Below, in pieces: positions 11,280 through 20,916 of a stretch of DNA of 64,000 nucleotides (its first letter is position 1; every line of letters starts with the position of its first letter). Source of the DNA: Meyerozyma guilliermondii. Lineage: Eukaryota. Where the stretch lies: positions 558,001 through 622,000 of the forward strand of contig CP128821.1 in NCBI GenBank assembly GCA_051546255.1, written 5' to 3'. The notes beneath the pieces were generated by a model. It was not told the origin of the DNA. It did no database searches and saw nothing but the letters and a program-made list of their open reading frames with translations. A program made the translations under genes and the position numbers.

Positions 11280-12718
11280 ATGCCTAGATCTAGTGGCCAA
11301 AGACAGGTGTTGCGGTCCCGTAAAGGATGCTATAACTGCAAGCGTCTACGAATAAAGGTAAGTTATCATCTCAAACTACTTAAGTGAGTTTTCTAACAAA
11401 GTGTGATGAAGCAAAACCCACTTGTGAGTATTGTCGCTGCACCCGCAAAGAATGTGTCTACCAAAATTCAGACTACCAAACTGGAGCTTTATGGCTCGAC
11501 GTAATTAAGAAGGAAAGCTTGGTCAACTCTCCCTCGTTGTTGATGGGACTCAGCAGATTCGAATTGAGATTGTTGCATTTTTTTGACAATTATTGCATTC
11601 TTCAATTCACTTTTGGAGTCAATTTAAAGCTTGATAAGATGTGGCGGTGTTCTGTGCCTCCGCTCTTCCGTCGGTCGCAGATGGTTCGCAACGCTATCTT
11701 TCTTTATTCGTGTATTAATATGTGGCCGCTTTGCGAAGTGGAAGAGTTGTTTCTCGCCGACCAGAAACAATATGATCTGAATATCTCAGTTTCTCCGCAA
11801 ATTGGACTCATCAAAGACGCATTGAAAGCACTCTCTACTTTTGAGCGCGAACCGTCTTTGCCAGAATCTCTTGACTTGTATACCCGAACTCTGGGGTACT
11901 TTTCAGATTTGATAAAAAACACTCAAGACATGCTCCTTGACCCATTACGCCTCGCTTCAGATTCATTTACTGCTTCAGAGTTGATGATCACCAGTATCAT
12001 CTTATACCTGTTTCTCTGGCTCCATCCACACAAATTGCTTCCTATTTTGTTGGAAGAAAGCTCACTGAAAAATGAACTGAAACCAGAAACTACAGACTTT
12101 ATATCTGTGTGCCGTAGTCTTCTGAATGCTAGAGATTTGCTTTTGAGTTCTCTATCACGAACCGAGTTCAGAGCCATCGTCGAGACACCAAGAAAAGTAC
12201 CTCTTCTGTTCAAAAAACACAAGTTTGCGATCATTGTGCAATTGGAAAAAGATCTCGAGATATATTACGAAGACAAAAAAGATATGGACAGTCTGTGTTA
12301 CGAAGAGATAGAAACAATCAGAAAGTCGCTAGACCTCTTGGCTTCGGAATTCTATCATACGGCAACACTCAATTACCCACTCTTCCTCTTTCGATGGCCG
12401 TTGAGATTACCCCAACTATTTGACGAGCTCCTTCGAAATAGACACTTTTTTGCTTTAAGGGTATACTTCCAGTTCTCCTGTATCGTCACTGCTGCTGGCT
12501 TTTACCTTTATCAACAACTGAACATGTGGATAGATTATATGAAGTGGTTCCGAGACTACAATATGAAAGTGTACGGAGACTGGATTTATAGTAAGGACCA
12601 ATACTTTTATAAGTTGGTGACAGAAAGACAATATAGACTACCCGCGGGTGGTCTTGGCTGTTTGTACGATTTTGATCCAGAACTAGTGTTGAGTATGTTA
12701 GACATAGATATGAATTGA
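11280..12718 (+). CDS. Zn(II)2Cys6 transcription factor, copy 3 (exons 11280-11357, 11402-12718; 464 aa)
   Basis: ...RSRKGCYNCKRLRIK | intron GTAAGT...TTCTAAC.AAAG (44 nt, AAG acceptor) | CDEAKPTCEYCRCTRKEC. Confidence 0.88.
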
Positions 12719-13209
12719 CGAATTGAGAGTCGAGGTTCTCCCTTGTCTACTTCTCTTAATTTCTCGTGACTTCCAATAACTTCTCTTGATCCTTCTCTTC
12801 AAACGTTCTCCATGAAGATTTTTCGCTCAATACTATACCTTCTTTGCTCTTTCTGAACTAAATCTACCCTCGTCAGTTTTCACCATTGCAACCATCTCCA
12901 GCCGCATTCGCTGCAGCTATGTTTGCTGCACTCGCAGTTTTAGCGCTTATATAATGTGCCAAGATATGCATCAGAAGCATGCAACCTAAACGTTGGAACG
13001 GCTGCAAATTGCATATAAACGGCCACCAAATATGTAAGATTTCGGCCCCGAGATCAAAGTCCGATTTTTATATATCACATTTTTATGAACGACATCGGGT
13101 CACCACCCTATAGGGGCTCAGCTGGCGCAAATAATTACCACGGCACGGCTGGGTTACGTCAGCGTAAAAGGATAATCGCATTTCAATTTGCAACGGGAAA
13201 ACGTCAATT

Positions 13210-14682
13210 ATGCCTAGTGTCAAATCACGAAAACTGACCAGAAGATCCCGAATGGGATGCTACAGCTGTAAGAAGCTCCGAATAAAGGTATGTAATGAAA
13301 TTTTTCATCGCCAATTAAATATATTTACTAACTTTTAGTGTGACGAACAAAGACCCCATTGCGAGTATTGTAGACATACGGGCCGGGATTGTGTTTATCC
13401 GGTTACTTCAAGTCTGGATGAAGAGCTGCCTCCGCGAAGGTATGGAGATTGTGCTTTCGAGATAATGACGAAGGAAACATTGGTGAATTCAACCTCCACT
13501 ATGATGAACCTTAGTCGGTTTGAATTACGATTGTTACATTTTTTTGATCAGTTTTGTGTTCCTCTCTTCTCTTTCGGTGTCAATATGACAGCAGAACATA
13601 TGTGGCGCAATTGTGTGCCGCCTTTATTCGCCAAGTCGCCGTTGGTACGCAAGGCAATGTTCCTGTTTGCGTCCATGAACATGTGGCCATTATGTGACGT
13701 TTCCACATTATTCTTAGCAGATGTCCAGGACGCCAGAGAATTGTACCAGATAGCACCCAGTTGGCTGGAATATGGTGTGGAAAGTACCATGCCGGTGGAT
13801 TTATTTGACCTGTCTATGGCGCTCGCAAGCACTGATAATTTGTACAAAAGAACACTCAACTACTTTTCCGACCTGATCTCCGAGTCCCAAAAGGCACTTC
13901 TGCTTGGCATTAACACCGTTGTCAACGACCCAGATCGTGCTGCAGAATTAGGTATTGCTGGGGTTCTTATCTACCTGTTTCTTGGACTCCATCCCCACCG
14001 ACTAGTTCCTATATTATCGTTTCAGCTAGAGGAAGAGACCGAAATGCTGGATGAAGATGACCCCTCTACAGACTTTGTGGCTATATGTCGAGGTGTCCAG
14101 AGTACATTTGAGCTTGGTATTGATGCCATAATCCAAACTGAATTTCGTACAATCTACAATACTGTGGAAAAGGTACCCTCCTTCATCAGAGAACACAAGT
14201 TTCCCATAATTGTGCGATTGCATAAGGAAATGGACGACTTTTATGCGGACTACAAGGACGTGGTAGACCCACGAATTGACGCCGAAATCGAAGCATTGAG
14301 AGAATCCATTGACATCTTGGCAACCGCATTCTACTATTCCTCCAAACTAAACTACCCTGTACCGCTTTTCAAATGGGCAATATTCATTCCAGAGTTTCTA
14401 GATGTGCTACTCCGAGAAAAGCATTTCTTTGCTCTACGACTCTACTATCATTTTGCATGTATCTGTGTTGTGTCAAGGTTCAGTCTTTACCACGATAGAA
14501 ACATGTGGAAAGACTTCATGGAATGGTGGAAAAACTACAACATGAAACTTTATGGTGGTTGGTACTACGATTATGACCGCAGTTTCTACGAATTGATAAT
14601 GGACAAAAATTACAAGTTTCTGTTCGAGAGCTTCAAATTTTTGTACGAATTCGATCCGGAGTTGCTAGTGAATATTCTCTAA
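13210..14682 (+). CDS. Zn(II)2Cys6 transcription factor, copy 4 (exons 13210-13287, 13339-14682; 473 aa)
   Basis: ...RRSRMGCYSCKKLRIK | intron GTATGT...TACTAAC.TTTTAG (51 nt) | CDEQRPHCEYCRHTGRDC, in frame with ORF 13465. Confidence 0.9.
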
Positions 14683-15104
14683 CAGAAGCGTCTTGCAATA
14701 GGCGATATATAAATATGACCGAAATGTACTATAATAATGACGAATCCAAGAGAGATGTTCCTGGCATAATTTGCAACAATTTCTTCAGTCGTTGCTTATG
14801 TAATACACTTGCACAAAGTCCTTGCTTCTATCGCCTTGGACGTCAATGAGTCGAAGATTAACCCCTTGGTCATGCTTGCAGCCAGGCTACTTTCTACTCT
14901 TTATTAACTCGTTTCTGTCGAATTGCACAAACTACTCGAAATCTTTATACTGCTTAGGTAATCGGTATACCACCTACGAATTTGCAGCCAACTTCTACAA
15001 CCAGCTCAAACGTTGACCTACAATTCAATTTGTCCTCTATCTAAGTAGCTTGGCTTAAATTCTGAGTTCTGACTTTTATTGTCCAATTGATACAAATATA
15101 CTAA

Positions 15105-16790
15105 CTATCTCAACTCTAGTTCATCCATCTCCAGTGCTAATTTGTTCACCCTAGCCTTTCTAATTCGCTGAGTTCGCTTGACTTCATCGTCACCATATTT
15201 GTCTGATGTATTGGCATGGTGAGCTGCATCGTCATCGGGAGCATGGTCCCCTGACGTTCCATACTTTAGTTCGTAATCTGTTGCTGGCTCTCTCAAAATG
15301 TCCCTGATACTGTCATTACTGACGAGCTGGTTGTGAACGCCAAAACTGAAGCACCACTTTAAATGGATTAATCGAAGGTATAAGAACCAACTGTTAATAG
15401 GCAACGATCTAGTTTTTGAGAGTTTGATATATGTCGAATCAAACATTGAGTTCAATAATTCTTGTCCTTCTTGTGATTTTCGATATATAGCTGTTCGCTT
15501 TTCGATATCGGTGTAATTGATAAGAGTGGCTTGGATGTCCCTGAAGATTGAGTGTGCCTCCTTTCTCTCCTTCTTCGAAACCTTTTTGGTGGAAATGTTC
15601 GCTAGTCTTTCGATTACTGAGAACAATGCCGCTTGCTCGTAGTATGGTGCATTATAATTATAATCTTCGTCCTCATCATCGTTGTCTTCTTCCTCCTCTG
15701 AGTAGGAAAATACCTCGTAGCACAAGCCGATAACACGACCAGCGGCTTTGGCAACTTCAATATTAACATCATCGTCCACCATCTCGACTAGTTTGGGCAT
15801 GTGTTCGGAAATGAAATCGTTCAAATAGGAACCACGAGGCATTAAAGTTAGCAAGCATCCAGCACCATGTAAAGTTGCCGCGGCAAAGTTTACTTCGGAT
15901 CGCACCTTTTGGGTAGCTTCATTAACAATTTGCTTGTCGGCATTAGCATCGAACAAAGTCGAGTATTCTCTGTCACCAGCTTCCAATTGTTGGCTTAAAG
16001 TTAAAGCGCTTTTAGCTGTGCCTTCTGCAATATCCAAAAGCTCGGCCACCTTCTCGTCAATACCGAAACTCGAAGAGCCGTTATGCAAAACAAGGAGCAA
16101 GCTACAGAGCCCAGTGACGAGATTCGCCTTGTTCTCGTTGGTTACCACCGAAGTAGGCGGATCGACAAGAAGTTGTTGGATAGCACCTAGAAATTCTGCT
16201 GAGACAAGGTACCCAAATTCCTCAATATCGCTGCAAATAAGGGCAATACAAGACCGGAACATCAATAGGAATTCTGAGTCTGAACGGTAACTCTTACTCA
16301 AGAAGATCTTGATTAATTCGTTGACTTTGTCGTCGGACACATAAGAGCTTGAGCCAGCATTCTCTTCATTATATGTCACTAAAGGTTTGGAAACAATGAG
16401 CTTATAAAGCTGAGCAAGAAGAAGCTCTCTCAGTTGTGACGAGATTTCATTTCGTGGCAATGAAAGTGAATATATGATGTCATTTATGGTGGTCAGACCA
16501 GACTGTATTCTGGCCTTATTGAGTTGTCCTATTTGTTTTTGCCTGATATCTTGATTACTCGTCGATTCCATCCCCAAATCATCGGTCTGGCCGAGCTGCA
16601 GCTCCAATAATGCTTGCAAGGATTCCAATTTTGTGGTTAAAAGTTCTTCAATGCTCAGAAAATTGATGTCTAATTGACCATTTTCTTCACCATCCACTTT
16701 TGGCGTACGAGCTCTCGAAGCCGACCGAGACGAAGCGTTCAGTAACGACTCCTCGTTCAAGATGTGTCTCATGTTGTTACGCAACGCCAT
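15105..16790 (-). CDS. IFRD-family (interferon-related developmental regulator-like) helical repeat protein
   Basis: 561 aa; VEMVDDDVNIEVAKAAGRVIGLCYE and KKVSKKERKEAHSIFRDI match the recalled IFRD C-terminal pattern. Confidence 0.75.
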   Translation of the reverse strand: MALRNNMRHILNEESLLNASSRSASRARTPKVDGEENGQLDINFLSIEELLTTKLESLQALLELQLGQTDDLGMESTSNQDIRQKQIGQLNKARIQSGLTTINDIIYSLSLPRNEISSQLRELLLAQLYKLIVSKPLVTYNEENAGSSSYVSDDKVNELIKIFLSKSYRSDSEFLLMFRSCIALICSDIEEFGYLVSAEFLGAIQQLLVDPPTSVVTNENKANLVTGLCSLLLVLHNGSSSFGIDEKVAELLDIAEGTAKSALTLSQQLEAGDREYSTLFDANADKQIVNEATQKVRSEVNFAAATLHGAGCLLTLMPRGSYLNDFISEHMPKLVEMVDDDVNIEVAKAAGRVIGLCYEVFSYSEEEEDNDDEDEDYNYNAPYYEQAALFSVIERLANISTKKVSKKERKEAHSIFRDIQATLINYTDIEKRTAIYRKSQEGQELLNSMFDSTYIKLSKTRSLPINSWFLYLRLIHLKWCFSFGVHNQLVSNDSIRDILREPATDYELKYGTSGDHAPDDDAAHHANTSDKYGDDEVKRTQRIRKARVNKLALEMDELELR

Positions 16791-16900
16791 CGTGTGTAAT
16801 GAAATTAGTCACGGCAGTGACTAAAAGAAACCCAGCAGTGCGCAGGTGTATTGTGTGCAGGTGTTTGTGTGCAGTTCCATACCGTGGTTTGCTCCAAAGG

Positions 16901-17491
16901 TTAAAATGTCACATCTTGCGGCAAGACATTGTGGTTTTTTCCGTCAGCCCGTACTGTTTCGCGGTTTACGTCCCTGGGCAACAGTTTGCGCATGTCAAAG
17001 GCATCTATTTTATCGTCAATTTTGCTGGAATCTGTGGGTAGTGTTCTTCCATAATATCCAACCACCCTTCTGTAGACGCTGTAGCCAAGTTTTTCGTAAA
17101 GTTGTTGGGCCAATGTGTTTGTAACCTTGACGAAAAGGTCCACAAAGAGTGTCTCGTAGGGGGGTCCCTTGGTCAATCTTTCAAGTTCAGAACAAAGATG
17201 CGATGCGAGACCAAGTCGACGATAATAACTGTTCACCGACACAGCTGTGATGTGCGTGTGCCATTCCTTCTTGGCTAGTTGTCCCTCGGCCTTTCCCATC
17301 ATATAACCGCTAATTTCCCGTTTTTCAACATTTGCAAAATCGGAGATCTCTGTCGATTTGAAAAAGAGCGTCGGCCACTGAATCAAGTATTCGAGGTAAA
17401 ACTGCACATTGTAGCTCTCTGTGAGCGGGTCCAAGTTAACAGGGTTGACATCGAGAAGATCCTCAATCTGAAACGGCTTAATTGATGTCAT
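16901..17491 (-). CDS. NAT3: NatB N-terminal acetyltransferase catalytic subunit
   Basis: MTSIKPF...NLDPLTESY, WHTHITAVSV...RRLGLA, FVDLFVK, DAFDMRK. Confidence 0.95.
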   Translation of the reverse strand: MTSIKPFQIEDLLDVNPVNLDPLTESYNVQFYLEYLIQWPTLFFKSTEISDFANVEKREISGYMMGKAEGQLAKKEWHTHITAVSVNSYYRRLGLASHLCSELERLTKGPPYETLFVDLFVKVTNTLAQQLYEKLGYSVYRRVVGYYGRTLPTDSSKIDDKIDAFDMRKLLPRDVNRETVRADGKNHNVLPQDVTF

Positions 17492-17599
17492 TGTACCACA
17501 ATGCTCAGTTGGTTCCAATACTAAATTTCCACCGTTTCGTCACGTGCCCCCGTCGGCCTTCGCGAAAAATTGCGGTGAATCGAAATCGGCAAAACCATC

Positions 17600-17749
17600 A
17601 TGTTTGGAGCTGGAGCTGGACAACCAACCGAGGAGCAAAGAAAAGCTCAGGAACAGTATGCTTATGACACTTTGAAGACCGCAGGTGCCATCGCCGGATT
17701 GTTGTGGATTACCCCTATCGTGTACCACTATATCAAGAAGCAATTTTAG
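17600..17749 (+). CDS. TOM5: Mitochondrial outer membrane translocase small subunit Tom5 (49 aa)
   Basis: Below the ORF-track cutoff. MFGAGAGQPTEEQRKAQEQYAYDTLKTAGAIAGLLWITPIVYHYIKKQF* has the MFG..QP.EE start and the LW..P tail anchor. Confidence 0.9.
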   Translation: MFGAGAGQPTEEQRKAQEQYAYDTLKTAGAIAGLLWITPIVYHYIKKQF

Positions 17750-17814
17750 GACCTTTGTACATACTATATCAATCCAATATTCTTGTCTCCTTGACTCAAT
17801 CTTCCCCATTGGTC

Positions 17815-20256
17815 TCAATCTTCGACCATTTCCTCTCGCAACTTCCCGATCTTGGTCGCCAAGTTCAAAAATTCTAGTCTCTCAGCAATTCGGGCCGCGG
17901 CTGTCATTGCCTTGTCGGTTCGGATAAGTTTTGCAATACTGAATGCCTTATTAAGTCTAGCTTCTTGACAAGCATTGGCAAAAAGCTTCAATAAGGACTT
18001 GTCAAATAGCATGCTGTACTCTTGCAAACGTTCCATGATTTCTTCGTTGTTTTCTTCGAACCCTTCGTCGCCTAAAGTGTCACTCACTATGCGCCCCATA
18101 GTTGATGCTCTAACAAAGCATTCTTCAGGATCGTCCTCTGAAGCTTCTTCGGAACTTTTATGAGCACTAACAGGAAGCTTGATCTGAATTTCAATTGGAA
18201 GCGCCAATGGGAACCCCGGATATACACTGCCACCTTTGAGTATGAGACAACTCAAAGAGTCTTTGTACAATCCCAACGGCCAGCAAGACCATTTTTTCTT
18301 CAGTTCGTGGCCACCATCGGTCACAGCCAGGTAGCAGTCGAGTATAGGAATCCAACGTGCGTTTCTCGACTCACGCCATGAAGATAATATCATTAGTGTG
18401 TCATCGTTACCAGCAACCATACAAGGGTCGTTGAATTCGTTGAAGAACAAGCCCTTGATCAAGGGTGCTTTGAGGCTTCTTTCCAATGGTAATATGACAT
18501 CCTGTTGCACAAACTTGTAGTCCAGGTGGATGTCGATTATCGAGTATGTGAATATCTTTCCTCCAAGTTGATTGATCATAAAGAGGAAAGAGTTTGACGA
18601 AGAAATAAGGGCAACAACCGGTGGAGCCTTTATAGCATTGATGCATAACCCATGGGCATTGAAGAAGCGCACAAATCCAAAGTTTGTGCCAATTACTATG
18701 ATTCCATTGTTATCATGACTGTCGGCAAGACTGAGTGAGGTAATGAATTCTCCTTTAGCAAGAGGAATACTTCTTTCCCATGCATCTTGATTAGACTCGT
18801 GCTGCTTGAATGAAATGCTACCAGTCTTTTTACCATATCCAGAACATCCAAAAACAATGCCTGAGTTATTCATGGAACACAAGTCAAAATCCTGATAATC
18901 AATGAAATGATAATCCTTATTGACTGACCTATCAAAGAAGGACACTGTGATACTCTGTTGTTCAGTTTGATCTGTTTTGACAGCCCAAACGTAACCTGAC
19001 GCATTCATACAAATGTATCTCCTTTTTGCTTTGCTTGATCCTTGAGCCGTCCAAGGCGTGCTTCCTGGGCAGTATGGTTCCAATTGAGGTTCAGCAACAA
19101 CAACGCTACCAATCTTGTGGCGCTTACCTCTATCTCGAAGAACATCGAAATCATCATCTTCGTCAATGATCGAATCATCAAGCATGTGTTTGCCATTTCC
19201 GTTCGAATATGGTGGTCTGTCATGTTCCGACATATCTATATCGTCACCATCAGACTCTTCTGCTTCATCTAGGAATAGTGAGTTCAGTTTTCCGGAACTT
19301 TTCTTGGATGCTACCTCCGGTAACTCGAGCCCGCCGATCACGAGGACTTCTCCATTGGTAGTGCCGATGTAGAGAGTATCTTTGTTCCATGCTATGTTTA
19401 TAGGGACATGGCCGGAAGTGAGCTTTTTAAGATTTTGCAGCTGTATTTCATCGCCAGAATCAAAGTCGATGATTTTAACGGTGCCATTTTTGTGCAATGT
19501 AGCCACGAAATTTCCATGAACAGCATAATCGACTATATCGGCACCAGGACGTATTTCAGTAATTGGCAGAGAAAAGTCCTCTCTTGTAAAAATTTTCAAA
19601 GATCTGGTGTCTGTTGGAACTAACAAATGCTGACCATCTGCTGACCATGCAGTGGTAGTAGCAAAAAGTTCATCTTCATTTTCGCCCAAAAAGTCGACCA
19701 CATCCAACGATTTATGAATCTTTTGCGGGAGTACATCCTTTATAACCTCCACAATAGATGGAGACTCATTGACCACCGAATATATAGCCACACTACGGTC
19801 TGCCAAACTGATCGAAACCAACTCCCCTGTAGGATTGTATGCAATATTCAACACCTGGTCCTCGGTAGTGATTGTGGTAGTGGCACTAGTAACCGTATCT
19901 ATCACTATTACTTTATTATCGTCGCCTCCACAGAGAATTCTCTTACCTTCATTGATGAACACCGAATCTCTAATTGGCAATTCCGATCTATAGACCACTG
20001 CTTGGGTGGATTTTCCGAATATATTGGCCTTTTCAAGTGTTCCTGAAGTGCTTGCAATCAATATATCTTCTCCATAATGCGCCAAACACGTCAAATTTTC
20101 GATGATATCCATCGATTCCGGCTCCAATTCCGGATCCGACACATCGAAAACTTTCGCTACACCTCCGCTGTTTCCTATAATGAGCTTCTCGACATCAGCG
20201 TTGTATGTGACGTACGAGTTGCCGTCGGGAAACGCCGAGATCTTCTTTTCACTCAT
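17815..20256 (-). CDS. CTF4: Replisome hub Ctf4/AND-1/Mcl1
   Basis: N-terminal WD40, PGSTPW...RRYICMNASGYVW SepB domain, WPLG, C-terminal DKSLLKLFANAC helical domain. Confidence 0.93.
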   Translation of the reverse strand: MSEKKISAFPDGNSYVTYNADVEKLIIGNSGGVAKVFDVSDPELEPESMDIIENLTCLAHYGEDILIASTSGTLEKANIFGKSTQAVVYRSELPIRDSVFINEGKRILCGGDDNKVIVIDTVTSATTTITTEDQVLNIAYNPTGELVSISLADRSVAIYSVVNESPSIVEVIKDVLPQKIHKSLDVVDFLGENEDELFATTTAWSADGQHLLVPTDTRSLKIFTREDFSLPITEIRPGADIVDYAVHGNFVATLHKNGTVKIIDFDSGDEIQLQNLKKLTSGHVPINIAWNKDTLYIGTTNGEVLVIGGLELPEVASKKSSGKLNSLFLDEAEESDGDDIDMSEHDRPPYSNGNGKHMLDDSIIDEDDDFDVLRDRGKRHKIGSVVVAEPQLEPYCPGSTPWTAQGSSKAKRRYICMNASGYVWAVKTDQTEQQSITVSFFDRSVNKDYHFIDYQDFDLCSMNNSGIVFGCSGYGKKTGSISFKQHESNQDAWERSIPLAKGEFITSLSLADSHDNNGIIVIGTNFGFVRFFNAHGLCINAIKAPPVVALISSSNSFLFMINQLGGKIFTYSIIDIHLDYKFVQQDVILPLERSLKAPLIKGLFFNEFNDPCMVAGNDDTLMILSSWRESRNARWIPILDCYLAVTDGGHELKKKWSCWPLGLYKDSLSCLILKGGSVYPGFPLALPIEIQIKLPVSAHKSSEEASEDDPEECFVRASTMGRIVSDTLGDEGFEENNEEIMERLQEYSMLFDKSLLKLFANACQEARLNKAFSIAKLIRTDKAMTAAARIAERLEFLNLATKIGKLREEMVED

Positions 20257-20334
20257 GGTGGAGAAGAAACGAGACGCGGTTGATCAAGTGTGGCTGGTGC
20301 ACGGGTGCGAGTGAGTGGTAAAGGTGGGAGAGGA

Positions 20335-20460
20335 GAACTGTGCGAAAAGTGTGAGGACGAAGAGTGCAGAGTGAAAAGTGCGAATGAAATGCGATATGGA
20401 TGCGAAATTATTGAAGTGCGAAATAATTGTAAGTGCAAAGTGCGAACGAAAAGTGAATGA
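20335..20460. repeat. Degenerate GTGCGAA(A) low-complexity repeats upstream of CTF4
   Basis: About six TGCGA(A) units in 125 bp. Confidence 0.5.
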
Positions 20461-20916
20461 ATCAATAATATCAGTGCAAATGATCGCTACTACGTATCTC
20501 GTACACGTATCTGCATCGGTGACGTAGTTCCGAACAGCCGTATTTCATGTTCATCTTCAATAATTAGTAGTGCGCGATATTTGTCCAATGATATTCAGGC
20601 ACAGCCGCAACAGTCAGTGCAACATGTCAGCGGCAAACAAGTGCGGGATTTACTCGCTTCCTGAATTGGGCATTTGAATCGCATTGTTACGGGCAAAAAG
20701 AACGTATTCGGTGCATTTTGCATGCGCGATTTGCCAGATTTGTTGCGGGAATTTGTTTCAAGCCGCACCTCCATGATTTTTCGCAGCCTAATGAAGCCTC
20801 GTTCCAAGCCAAAATTCCCGCACAACATACGCTTCAGCTTCCAATGATGCTCGACCTCGGTAAATGGTATAAAGCCAGGATTGTAGACTGTAAACTTGTG
20901 TGTAATTTTGGATTTC

